This document shows, in pieces, positions 1 to 9,580 of a stretch of DNA of 64,000 nucleotides (its first letter is position 1; the number at the start of each line of letters is the position of its first letter). The notes beneath the pieces are model-generated. The model ran no database searches, was not told the DNA's origin, and saw nothing but the letters and a program-made list of their open reading frames with translations. A program made the position numbers and the translations under genes. This DNA is from Candidatus Woesearchaeota archaeon (GTDB lineage Archaea > Nanobdellota > Nanobdellia > Woesearchaeales > GW2011-AR4): positions 163,183-227,182 of the forward strand of contig JACPJQ010000005.1 of NCBI GenBank assembly GCA_016187465.1, written 5' to 3'.

Positions 1-1325
1 TTTTTGACAATATTAGTTGGAACATCCAGAACAAAAATATTTTTATCAATCAATTGTATTTTTTTAGTGCCTTCGACCAATGCTCCTCCTTCTTCAACTC
101 TAGGTTTGGTAAACCCCTCTTGGGCTGCGATTTTTAATACATTATCAGCATTAACACCAAGTTTGCTTTCTGCATTCTTAAATTCTGCACCAGTCAACTC
201 GAGAATTTTGCCTTCCTTTGTTGTGTAAGTTACTTTTTCTATATCATACTGGTCGTTTACTTTTTTAAAATTGGTAGTTATTTTAGTTTTATCCTCTAAT
301 GTCAGGACATCGACTCTTGTAGGATTTGGGGTATTAACATTTGAAATAGTAGACACCATAACACTTTTATCCTGATTTAAAGTTGTAGTAACTTCTCTTG
401 TTGGTTGGACATTATTTGGGTATAAATCTTTAAATCGACTATTAGAAATAATCTCCCTAACGCCTCCATTAATTGGATATTTTGTAAAAGTGTCTTCATA
501 TGTTTTGCCATAGTTTGTCCAATCAACTTTTTCTAGAAGATTTTTATCAATAAGTTTCGTCGTTGGGTCGCCACTTGTAGATTCTCGAGTTATCTTAATA
601 TTATTATCTTCTGGAACAACTGTGATAAGTGCTCCATTTTTTGTGAAAGCAGTTAATTCACTTCCTTTTGTTCCTGCTGTACCAGTGCCTCCGCTATCTG
701 CGTTATTTACAACACGGCAAGCATCACCTTTGCAAACCCAAGAATTTTTTGGAGGTAGCTCTTTTGGAAAATCATTATTTCTATTAGGTTGGCAATCTTT
801 TGACTTTTCCTTGCAATAAAGGTTGTTCTTGCCGTTATTTGTCGTCATACTAACAGTATTAAACCCACTCACCATCTCCATCCCAGTAACATCTCCAGTA
901 ATTTGATTTGGAGTTAATTGCTTATTTTCTTCCTCATCACCAGCCTCGCTTTCAGGCAGTCCGGTAAATGTTCTGTCGAATTTGATTGTTCCGTCTGCAT
1001 CTACAACAAGCAAGCCATTCTGCTCCTCTGGATTTTGTATTTTAATCCATATAGGAATGTAAGAGCTGAAGCTGTCAAGATAGAAAACATATCCGTTTCT
1101 TATCTGATACCATCCCTCATTTAACTGGCTTAATTCCTTGATGCTGTCAATGTAGATAATCTGCAGATTGAACTCCTGATTATTGATTGCTGTTTCTTTA
1201 ACAACATTTCCAGTTATTGAGTTTTCATAATAAACGCTTGCAGCCAATATCGAAGACAGCAGCGCTATGATTACAATAAAGCTTACTATTCCTTTTGGAA
1301 TTTTGTTGATTTGCTTATTTTTCAT
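1..1325 (-). CDS. Large secreted/membrane-anchored protein, partial (runs off the left window edge)
   Basis: Not in the ORF track. ATG at 1325 gives MKNKQINKIPKGIVSFIVIIALLSSILAASVYYENSITGNVV..., open to position 1. N-terminal hydrophobic signal/anchor followed by an ITG motif. Confidence 0.85.
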   Translation of the reverse strand, partial: MKNKQINKIPKGIVSFIVIIALLSSILAASVYYENSITGNVVKETAINNQEFNLQIIYIDSIKELSQLNEGWYQIRNGYVFYLDSFSSYIPIWIKIQNPEEQNGLLVVDADGTIKFDRTFTGLPESEAGDEEENKQLTPNQITGDVTGMEMVSGFNTVSMTTNNGKNNLYCKEKSKDCQPNRNNDFPKELPPKNSWVCKGDACRVVNNADSGGTGTAGTKGSELTAFTKNGALITVVPEDNNIKITRESTSGDPTTKLIDKNLLEKVDWTNYGKTYEDTFTKYPINGGVREIISNSRFKDLYPNNVQPTREVTTTLNQDKSVMVSTISNVNTPNPTRVDVLTLEDKTKITTNFKKVNDQYDIEKVTYTTKEGKILELTGAEFKNAESKLGVNADNVLKIAAQEGFTKPRVEEGGALVEGTKKIQLIDKNIFVLDVPTNIVK

Positions 1326-1605
1326 TGTTATGCGAAAGTATTATATAATAGGTAAATACTTTAGTATAATATCTGCTAATGGTACAGTACCTTGAGTGCT
1401 TGTCATTGGCGGGTTTTTCTAAATACTTCATTGATTTCATTTTTAATGTCAGGATTTTTTATATCTGATTGAGTGTTTCATTTTTTTTTGGTTTATATTT
1501 TTATTTTAGTTATCATGTTTTTTGCTGATGTTCAATTGTTGATGAATTTGTTCTATGGAAAGGTTTAAATAACCAGTCGTGCTTGGTATGTAAAGAGGCG
1601 CTAAA

Positions 1606-1863
1606 ATGCCGTCATTGCAGTTATCCAAGGTATCGGAAGAAAGCATGAGGGAGTTTCCCGAAGTAGACTGGTCTATGGTGGCTGAAGAAGCTATAAAAGC
1701 CAGGGCATTTGAACTTAAACTTTCCAGGTCAAAGGAACTGCAGAGGGCGTTACTTGAGGCATTGGCATCTAAAAGCAAGTTTACAGAAAAGGATGCTTTA
1801 GAGTTTGGAAGGAAAGTTAATGAGGGTATTTCTAGGGAACTTAAGGAGAAGGGCTTATTATAA
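1606..1863 (+). CDS. Putative antitoxin (RHH-like, PEVDWS motif)
   Basis: Small protein directly upstream of a PIN gene; FPEVDWSMVAEEAI resembles archaeal VapB-type antitoxins. Confidence 0.7.
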   Translation: MPSLQLSKVSEESMREFPEVDWSMVAEEAIKARAFELKLSRSKELQRALLEALASKSKFTEKDALEFGRKVNEGISRELKEKGLL

Positions 1864-1875
1864 ATAGACTCAAAA

Positions 1876-2292
1876 ATGAGGTTAGTGATAGATGCGAATC
1901 GGCTTTTTTCAGTGATAATAGGCAAAAGATTGGATTCGGCTGCAATGAATATATTTTTCTCAAATGATGCTGAACTGTATGCGCCGTTTAGAATTTTGGC
2001 AGAGCTGGAGAACAATAGGGAAGAGATAAGACTGAAATCAGGATTTTCACATGAAGATTTTGATAATTTTGTCAGCGTTATAAAATTAAGGATTAAATTC
2101 TTACCTTTGGAAGAGTTTATAGATGGGATATCTGAGGCTAAAATAATCTCTCCGCATTCAAAAGACATCGAGTATTTTGCTTTGGCGCTAAAATTAGACT
2201 GCAGCATATGGTCTGACGAAAATCTGCTTAAAGGGCAATCAGAAGTTAAGATTTTATTTACCAAAGAGCTTTTCAGGATTTTATTCCCGTAA
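1876..2292 (+). CDS. vapC: PIN-domain toxin (VapC-like)
   Basis: LVIDAN...KDIEYFALAL...IWSDE PIN acidic motifs. Confidence 0.85.
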   Translation: MRLVIDANRLFSVIIGKRLDSAAMNIFFSNDAELYAPFRILAELENNREEIRLKSGFSHEDFDNFVSVIKLRIKFLPLEEFIDGISEAKIISPHSKDIEYFALALKLDCSIWSDENLLKGQSEVKILFTKELFRILFP

Positions 2293-2329
2293 TGCAAAGT
2301 TTTTGTTCTTTTGCCCATTTTCTTATTTC

Positions 2330-5300
2330 TCACTTTTGCTTAACCTCGTTAAAGTTTGAAGTTTCGGTTGTTGGAGCGGTTGTCGTTTTTTTGTCTTCCA
2401 AGTCAAGCCTTGAGCAGTAATCCTGCCTTATGGTAAATCCTTCGTCTATTATGTTCTTGACGTTGCCCACAACTACACCTAGCTGATTGGCGAATCTGGC
2501 AGCTTCACATAGTGTCCACAAACTTAATCTGGATTCAGCATTTGTATTTGAGCATGTCCCATAGCAACCAACAGATATGGCAACACCAAGGGCGGCAAAT
2601 GGATTTGACAAAGATTCCTTTATGATTCCTAGGAAATGGTCGAGAACTGCTGTCCATGGAAAGACTGCAAATAGTTCCGTGTATATGTATTTACAAGTTG
2701 AATACGCCTTTAAGTCTTCACAAGTTGTAATTGGAATGCCGTCCTTGCTCACTGCATTTTCCAGGCAATCGGCATAAAGGCACTTAATCTGCCTGTATTT
2801 GTCCAAGCCGTAGATTATGCCGGGGATGCACTCGAATAAAGTTGCAACTATGAGATTATGCTGCGGGTCCATGTACTCACTTACCGGTCTTGGTTTGCCT
2901 CCGCTGTCAACAGATACTTCGTTGATATAATCATAAGTACCGGACTTGCCATCTGTTTTTGATCCAAGGTACTGTCCTGGACTGACTAAATATCCTGCTT
3001 GTCCAAGAGATTTAGTTGGATCATTTATCCAATTTTTTACAGCGTCTCCCCACAAAAATGACTGTTTGCAGGTTACAATGTCGCAAAATGTGTTCAATAT
3101 TTTAGCATTAGTCTGCGCAGCCACTCTTGCATGAGTTTGTGTCTGACAGCCTGCTATTGCAGTTGGCGTTATTGTAAAATAACCTAAGAATGTTTTTTGC
3201 GCAGTAACATCCCATATGCCCAGTATATATGCAACATTATAGAGAACTCCGACAATATTGTATATTGTATGAATAATCTGGCAAATCTTTTTCGCTATGT
3301 TGACGAGCTTGTTCAGGCTGCCGATTAATTTCCAGATTCCCTTGGCGTCATCCTTGGCATCATCAATTTTTTTCTGGACGTCAGCTCCAAGCTCGCCCAA
3401 CGGCAGATTGTAAAACCCGATGTTTATTCTTACGTTCTCTATCTCGGGATTTTTGGTTATGGAATTAGAGCTTCCCACTTTTGAGAAAATCTGAAGCGAG
3501 CAGCTTAAGCTTGCATTGTCAATCCTGAAATCATCTTTCCTGAGAGTTAATTTAATGACAGGGGAAGTGCTTCCGGTTTCTGTGTTGAAAGTGCCGATGC
3601 TGTCAGTGATTGATGTATCACCGGAGCAGCTTGCCTGGCCTATAAACACAGTTGAAACCTGTTTTGATGTTGATTTTGGCTGTAAACTGACGTGGCAGTA
3701 CACCCTTTGGTTTATCAGCGGTCCAAGGCTCCTGTCTATTGTCTTAGGCGAGCAGCTCACAACATTTGACCAGAAATCAGGAACAGTTGCATTTTCTAAT
3801 CCAAATGTCTGCAGCTGCTTTGCTGTTGTTATCTTGTTGCCGGCATTGTCGCTGAAATTAAAATTAACAGTGCCGCTAAACTGAAGATTTATTGAATCTG
3901 TAAGCCATGTGCATACGTGCTCGTCAGCTTGCTGTCTTTGGCACGAGCCTGCAACGCTAGAAGCGCCGTCAATGAACTTTGAAAAGTCAGCAACAGCAAA
4001 AACGTCATTGTCCTCTGTTACATTGGCAACAACTGCAATCTTGTCTCCAATCTTGAATAATCCGGAAAATGCAGGAATTATGCCGCCTACAGGGCTCATG
4101 TTCAGGCTTCTCAGGAATGGAGGTGAAGTGTCTACAACCACCTGAATGTCGGTGCCTATTCTCACAAAGTTTCCGAAAACATCAGTTGTGTCAGACTGTA
4201 TTGACATTTGATTTGAGGCGCCAAAGTTAACATTGTCCCAAACGCACGTCCAGCTTAAGTCCTTGCTGCATCTTGCCGCCCTGACTGCAGAATTGCCTAC
4301 ATGAAGTAGAACCTCGTTTGGATTCAATCCCGTAGCCTCATCAAAAACCGCAGTTATGGTGTTGCCAGTCGATGTTCCAAAAACCTGGATTTCAGTTGAA
4401 GTGGCAGTGGACAACGAAGTTACAACAGGCCCTTCATCATCAATAATCAGAAACTTGCTGATGGAAGCGCTTCCCCTGTTTCCTGAAGAATCAGAGGCAT
4501 TGACAAAAATAGTTTTCACTCCCTGCGTCTTGGGATTTAATTCAATCTGCCATCTGCAGGTGCTTACTCCGTCTAAGGAAGCAGCGCATGATGCCATAAC
4601 ATTCTTTAAGCCCTGGTCAGGGTTCAAGTCCGACAAATCTGCAGTCACAGAACTCAAGTCAAGGTCATTTCCTGATATGTCAACAACAACTTCAGCAGCA
4701 ACCCTGTTCGAAGAAAATGAGCCAATGCTTATATTGCTTCTCAAGATTTTAAACGTATCCGCCAATACAAGGGGCCTTGTAGTGTCTACATCGAAAGTCA
4801 CAGAAGTCTCTTCTGACGCTTGGCCAAATTTGTCGGTAGCTGTTGCAAAGACGGAGTTCATTCCGTCATTAAATATATTGGAATCAATAGTTATGGCCGA
4901 CACAATGCTGCAGTCATCTGCTGCCGGCTCGGCCTTTTGCCTGAAAACTCCGTCCAATGTGTAAAATTCAATGCTTTTTATCCCGACGCATTTGTCGCTG
5001 CATGAAGGGTCATTGCAGGCAAAATCAGTTGCAATGTAATCAACAATAACTTTCTCGTTTGACGAGAATTTTTCTTGAGGCGTGCTTAAAGTTATTTCAG
5101 GCTCTTTATTGTCAATTGTTATGCTACCGGATTTTGAATCATCAATAATGCCGTCATCATTAAAAAGATTGATTGTAAAAGGCAATGTCCTCGCATCAAA
5201 AGATTCAGTTCCGTTGTCTGGGAATCTCAGAGTGCAGTCATAGCCCCCGCTTGCAGATGCCGTACAGGTGTCAAACTGGATTCCCGGGTCACGCCCCAGC

Positions 5301-5515
5301 CTGACTTGGTTTGGAGTTATTGCATCATCGCTTATTAATGCATGTGCATTAAAAATCAAAAAGTCTGTCTCTTTTGCATAGCCCCCGATGCCGTCTCCTC
5401 CGCTGGCTGTGGCGCTGTCTATTGCAGCATATACACTTGTCACATAAAATGGAAGTGTCAGCACTAATGCTATCAAAAATGATGCAACAAAATGCAGGTA
5501 TTTTTCTCTGTTCAT
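2330..5515 (-). CDS. Large secreted Cys-rich protein with Ig-like repeats and a hydrophobic C-terminal region
   Basis: 1061 aa; signal peptide; repeated DxxxP linkers (DNKEP, DTTRP, DDEGP, DTSPP); many paired Cys. Confidence 0.8.
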   Translation of the reverse strand: MNREKYLHFVASFLIALVLTLPFYVTSVYAAIDSATASGGDGIGGYAKETDFLIFNAHALISDDAITPNQVRLGRDPGIQFDTCTASASGGYDCTLRFPDNGTESFDARTLPFTINLFNDDGIIDDSKSGSITIDNKEPEITLSTPQEKFSSNEKVIVDYIATDFACNDPSCSDKCVGIKSIEFYTLDGVFRQKAEPAADDCSIVSAITIDSNIFNDGMNSVFATATDKFGQASEETSVTFDVDTTRPLVLADTFKILRSNISIGSFSSNRVAAEVVVDISGNDLDLSSVTADLSDLNPDQGLKNVMASCAASLDGVSTCRWQIELNPKTQGVKTIFVNASDSSGNRGSASISKFLIIDDEGPVVTSLSTATSTEIQVFGTSTGNTITAVFDEATGLNPNEVLLHVGNSAVRAARCSKDLSWTCVWDNVNFGASNQMSIQSDTTDVFGNFVRIGTDIQVVVDTSPPFLRSLNMSPVGGIIPAFSGLFKIGDKIAVVANVTEDNDVFAVADFSKFIDGASSVAGSCQRQQADEHVCTWLTDSINLQFSGTVNFNFSDNAGNKITTAKQLQTFGLENATVPDFWSNVVSCSPKTIDRSLGPLINQRVYCHVSLQPKSTSKQVSTVFIGQASCSGDTSITDSIGTFNTETGSTSPVIKLTLRKDDFRIDNASLSCSLQIFSKVGSSNSITKNPEIENVRINIGFYNLPLGELGADVQKKIDDAKDDAKGIWKLIGSLNKLVNIAKKICQIIHTIYNIVGVLYNVAYILGIWDVTAQKTFLGYFTITPTAIAGCQTQTHARVAAQTNAKILNTFCDIVTCKQSFLWGDAVKNWINDPTKSLGQAGYLVSPGQYLGSKTDGKSGTYDYINEVSVDSGGKPRPVSEYMDPQHNLIVATLFECIPGIIYGLDKYRQIKCLYADCLENAVSKDGIPITTCEDLKAYSTCKYIYTELFAVFPWTAVLDHFLGIIKESLSNPFAALGVAISVGCYGTCSNTNAESRLSLWTLCEAARFANQLGVVVGNVKNIIDEGFTIRQDYCSRLDLEDKKTTTAPTTETSNFNEVKQK

Positions 5516-5655
5516 TTTTCTTTAACTGCGATTAGCCTGTCAATTGTATACTGTCTTAGTGTAATTTGGTCTGAAGATGTCTTTCTGTAGCACTTAATGT
5601 CGTAAAATTCTGAAAAGTTTCTTTTCACAATCACTGCTGTTTTTGTGGTATTCAT
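5512..5655 (-). CDS. Small hypothetical protein (47 aa)
   Basis: ATG 1 nt after the stop of the upstream gene; its TGA overlaps the ATG of the next gene (ATGA). Confidence 0.5.
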   Translation of the reverse strand: MNTTKTAVIVKRNFSEFYDIKCYRKTSSDQITLRQYTIDRLIAVKEK

Positions 5656-5656
5656 T

Positions 5657-7792
5657 TTAGCTGAACGTAGGCTGCAGCGCCATTTGGTATGTTTTTGAGT
5701 AGTAATCAATTTTGCCGATTTGGTTGGAATCCTGAATAACCCTTTGTTGCTCCGGAACATTTGCAATGTCAATGCTTACAACATAAAACACAACTGTATC
5801 GGACTTTTCAAGGTCTTCCGGGCTTATTGTAAAGTTCAGTTTTAGGCCTCCTTCGGGAAATTGCTCATCTCCTGATGCTTGTCTTTCGCCAAAATCTATT
5901 CTGGGAGTTTTTTGGCATTCCTTTCCGCCAAAAATTCCCTTTGCAAAGCAGATTTCCTTTTCAGGAATGACAATCTTTTGATTGAGGATCAGATTGCCCT
6001 CGGCAGTGTAAGTGCCAGGCGCAATCTCAGTCTCTTCAGCCTTTCCCTCATAATGCACAATAGAAGAAAATTCCAGCTCTGTGCCGTCGCTTACTCTTGT
6101 CAGTGTTATTGTAGCGGCTTCCTTGCTGTTTAAGTCAACTGCGTTGCTGGTAAACCTCCATCCCTGAGGTGTTTTGACAACATTTTTCTTTTTGACAACT
6201 GCCTTTTTTGTGTAAATCGGGTTTAGGCTAACCCTCAATGACGCATCAGCTTCTGCTTTAGCGTCAAATTCAACAGCTTTTCCTATATATTCCTCTCCAA
6301 GTATATTTGCAACACCCCCCACTGCAACAGGAAAGTTTTCATTTAGAATGCCGTCTCCGTTAGTTGATCCTATAAAACAGCTTTCCCCTGTGACTGTATA
6401 GAGAACCTGCGCGTCTTCAACAGGCTTTTTGTTAGCTGCATTGGCTACATTAACGCTTATGTTTCCGCTTGTCCTTGCATCGCAAAGCAATGACCTTTCG
6501 CTTAATGAAGCCCTTTCCAGTGGTGTAAAGTCGCCCGGCATTGGCTTGTTGTTTCTTATGTTCCCTTCTAAAAAGAAATTAAAGCTGTAGCCCTGCCCGT
6601 TTAATGCGTATGGATCCTGCACTTCGACCAAAACAGGGAACGACAGATCGTAAGTGAACCTGTAGGTTTGTATGCCAAAAAATGAGATAAGGCTGTTTGC
6701 AGAGCTCGGCTCACATTTGTTGCCGTTGCAGTTCATGTCAAAATACGCAGGCCAGAAGTCAAGGTATGTAAAGTAAGCTGCCAGGTTTTTGAAAGATTCA
6801 TTTGCTGCAGGTATTATTGTGGAATCATACAATCTTTGCTTTAGCTCTGATTTGAAAGTGTTTCTCTCGTAATTATAAGTTTTGTCAACCTGGAATAACG
6901 GAATGTAAGCTGCTAGCATTCCAATTATCTTGTTTCTCACATCTGTTTTCTGCCAGCTTATTGTTGAGCCAAATTTGAACTGCATTTCAGACATTGGCGG
7001 CAATTTTTCTTTGTTAACCCCGGAAAAAGCAACCAGCAGATTCAGCACATGCTTCTCAAGGTAGTGGTGTTTTATTTCAAGGTTTGTTATTTTTGTAGCC
7101 AAATCATAGATTTTATCAAGATTTACAGGCACTCTGACAAGGAACTGGCTTAGCTTTGCATTCACATCCTGCTTTTCCGCGCTTATCGGATAGTCAACGA
7201 CAACCATAACATCGTCAGTGGCAATCATAACATCTGTTTTCAGCTCCCCAGTCTCTGTTATTTTAAAGCCCTGCTCCAAAAACGGCTCAAAATTGTCTAT
7301 GCAATCCTTAAACTTTGAATTGATGTATCTTTCCAATTGCTTCTCTATTGAGTTGCCTGCCTGCCTCAGCTCGGGTCTTTTGGATGCAAATGTGCAGTCG
7401 CCTCTGCAGTTGTTCGCAGATTTCAGATACCACCAATAGGGAATTTTCAAGTCAGAGTCTTTTGCAAAGGAAACAGCGTCTGTTTCAGTCGGGTTTTGTG
7501 CCATCAAAAATTGCTCTGTGCTCAAAGCTTTGTTTGTCAGGCTGATGTAGCCGCCCTGTTTCCCTATGATTTTGAGCCCCTCAACTCCCAAAGAATAAGC
7601 GCAGTCATTTGCATACTTCCTTACAGGATCAAACTCCACAGGGATTTGCTCTTCAACAATTTTTATTTCAGGCTCAATGTCATTCTGGACTTTTTTGGTT
7701 GTGTAAAAAAACAAGATTCCCCCCATTAAGATGATTAAGCCCGCTATCATGAAGATTGTTGTTTGTGATTTTTTGTTTGATTTATCTTTCAT
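5657..7792 (-). CDS. Secreted protein with class III (pilin-like) signal peptide
   Basis: NKKS|QTTIFMIAGLIIL N-terminus; N-terminal domain paralogous to 11128..11898. Confidence 0.75.
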   Translation of the reverse strand: MKDKSNKKSQTTIFMIAGLIILMGGILFFYTTKKVQNDIEPEIKIVEEQIPVEFDPVRKYANDCAYSLGVEGLKIIGKQGGYISLTNKALSTEQFLMAQNPTETDAVSFAKDSDLKIPYWWYLKSANNCRGDCTFASKRPELRQAGNSIEKQLERYINSKFKDCIDNFEPFLEQGFKITETGELKTDVMIATDDVMVVVDYPISAEKQDVNAKLSQFLVRVPVNLDKIYDLATKITNLEIKHHYLEKHVLNLLVAFSGVNKEKLPPMSEMQFKFGSTISWQKTDVRNKIIGMLAAYIPLFQVDKTYNYERNTFKSELKQRLYDSTIIPAANESFKNLAAYFTYLDFWPAYFDMNCNGNKCEPSSANSLISFFGIQTYRFTYDLSFPVLVEVQDPYALNGQGYSFNFFLEGNIRNNKPMPGDFTPLERASLSERSLLCDARTSGNISVNVANAANKKPVEDAQVLYTVTGESCFIGSTNGDGILNENFPVAVGGVANILGEEYIGKAVEFDAKAEADASLRVSLNPIYTKKAVVKKKNVVKTPQGWRFTSNAVDLNSKEAATITLTRVSDGTELEFSSIVHYEGKAEETEIAPGTYTAEGNLILNQKIVIPEKEICFAKGIFGGKECQKTPRIDFGERQASGDEQFPEGGLKLNFTISPEDLEKSDTVVFYVVSIDIANVPEQQRVIQDSNQIGKIDYYSKTYQMALQPTFS

Positions 7793-7919
7793 TTTTGGCT
7801 TTCGTATTGTTTTTAGCTAATTTGAAATTAATTTTATCATTTATTTTGTTTTTTATTGATTGGGTTTTTGATTATTGCATTTTGATAACGTTTTATTGAA
7901 ATTTTTGTTTGATGGGTTT

Positions 7920-8093
7920 TTAATTTCTTTTGTCCAGCTCCTGCAGCTCTTTTTGTATCAGTTCCAGATCATACATCTTCTGCTCCATAAGTTCCCTGGC
8001 CAGCATTGATTTTTTCTTGCCTAATTTCTTAGAAACTCTTTCGAGCAGGTCGTTGATTTCCTTAGATACGGTAATCCTAATTTGTATACTCAT
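7920..8093 (-). CDS. Ribbon-helix-helix (CopG-like) regulator, 57 aa
   Basis: Below the ORF cutoff. MSIQIRITVSKEINDLLERVSKKLGKKKSMLARELMEQK: alternating beta strand, then helix-G-xxS-helix. Confidence 0.75.
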   Translation of the reverse strand: MSIQIRITVSKEINDLLERVSKKLGKKKSMLARELMEQKMYDLELIQKELQELDKRN

Positions 8094-8329
8094 TTTTATC
8101 CTAATATATACTTTAAGTATACTATTTTTAGTATTAATATTTAAAGGTTTCTATAATAAAATCAGTAAATTTATACTAAATTCAGCATAAATTAGGGATA
8201 TAATAGAATATTATATACATTATTAAGTATAAATTAAGTATTAATAAAGAATTTATAAAGTATATCTAATTTTAGCATGGTGATAAAAAACAATAATCTT
8301 TAAATAGAATCTGTGTTAAATAATTGCCG

Positions 8330-9535
8330 ATGGTTCAAAAGAGTCTGATAGATTATGTCAAAAGCCTTATCCAGAAAGGATATGATGCCGCTGCCATAAA
8401 AAATTTCTTGCTGAAGTACGGCTATTCAGGCAAAGAGATTGATGACGCAATAAATTCAAGCTACAAGCTGACAGTAAAGCACGAAATTCATTTGTCACGA
8501 ACAACAACTTTGGTTGTCATATTTATTGTTGCTTCGCTGATTGGAGTTGTGTCATTCTTTTACTACAGCCCTTCAAAGTCCGCAAAATTGCTTGACTTGA
8601 ACTTAGAGCCGATAACGACAACTGCAGAGCCCGGACAACAAATTGTTTTTCTAAAAGAGCTCTCCAACTTGGGCTCGGCAAAAAGGTACGATGTGGTAAT
8701 CAGGCAGGAAATCATAGACACTAAAACTAATAAAATCATAACTCAAAAAACCGAGACTCGGGCAATAGAGACATTTGGCTCAACCCAGACAAAAATTTTG
8801 ATTCCGCAGGATGCAAAAGCAGGCGATTATATCTTAAGGGCAATTGTGGAGTATGATGATAAGAAAGCAGTTGCTACACTTCCTGTAAAGATTGTCACAT
8901 TCGCAAAAGCAGAGACGTGCTTTGACAGCATGAAAAACCAGAATGAGGAAGGAGTTGACTGTGGAGGAGCGTGCAAGCCTTGCGAAAACCAAGCCATAGA
9001 ATGCAACGACAATGACCCTTGCACAGATGACATAGAAGAGAATGGTGTTTGTGCGAACAAGCCAATAGTGCCTTGCTGCGGCAACAGCGTTTGCGAGGAG
9101 CTGGAAAATTGCGATGCGGACTGCAAAAAACAAGAGCCATTGCCTTTGTTTTCAAGCGGAACCCTTGATGACATAAAAGAGCTTGCAAAAGTCAATCCGG
9201 GCAAGGCTTTGCAGCAATGTAGCCAAATAGAAGTGCCTGACTTGAAGGATGCGTGCATTGGTAGCATAGGTGAAGCGCAGCTCGACAAAGATTACTGCAC
9301 TAGGATAAGCAATGCGAGAGTAAAGGATTTGTGCTATTCTAATATAGCCAAGAACGTCAATGACAACACGCTTTGCCAATATATATCAACAGACAGCAGG
9401 AAAGACTCCTGCTACATGACATTTGTTCTGGACAACAAGGATTACTCTGTATGCAACAAAATATCAAACAAGCAGCTCAGGCAGTCCTGTGAGTCACTGA
9501 AGCAGCTGAACGAGATAAGCCAGCAGAATCAGTGA
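8330..9535 (+). CDS. Membrane-anchored Cys-rich surface protein
   Basis: ATG at 8330; one TM segment, Ig-like domain, ETCFD..NQNEEGVDCGGAC and CNDNDPCTDD repeats, C-terminal Cys repeats. Confidence 0.8.
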   Translation: MVQKSLIDYVKSLIQKGYDAAAIKNFLLKYGYSGKEIDDAINSSYKLTVKHEIHLSRTTTLVVIFIVASLIGVVSFFYYSPSKSAKLLDLNLEPITTTAEPGQQIVFLKELSNLGSAKRYDVVIRQEIIDTKTNKIITQKTETRAIETFGSTQTKILIPQDAKAGDYILRAIVEYDDKKAVATLPVKIVTFAKAETCFDSMKNQNEEGVDCGGACKPCENQAIECNDNDPCTDDIEENGVCANKPIVPCCGNSVCEELENCDADCKKQEPLPLFSSGTLDDIKELAKVNPGKALQQCSQIEVPDLKDACIGSIGEAQLDKDYCTRISNARVKDLCYSNIAKNVNDNTLCQYISTDSRKDSCYMTFVLDNKDYSVCNKISNKQLRQSCESLKQLNEISQQNQ

Positions 9536-9580
9536 TAAGAATAGCAATTAAGTATTATGCACTAGTTTAGACAATTTAAA

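Noticed and set aside
1506..2333. 275-aa minus-strand ORF
   Set aside because: Antisense shadow of the VapBC pair; Ser/Leu-rich with no motifs
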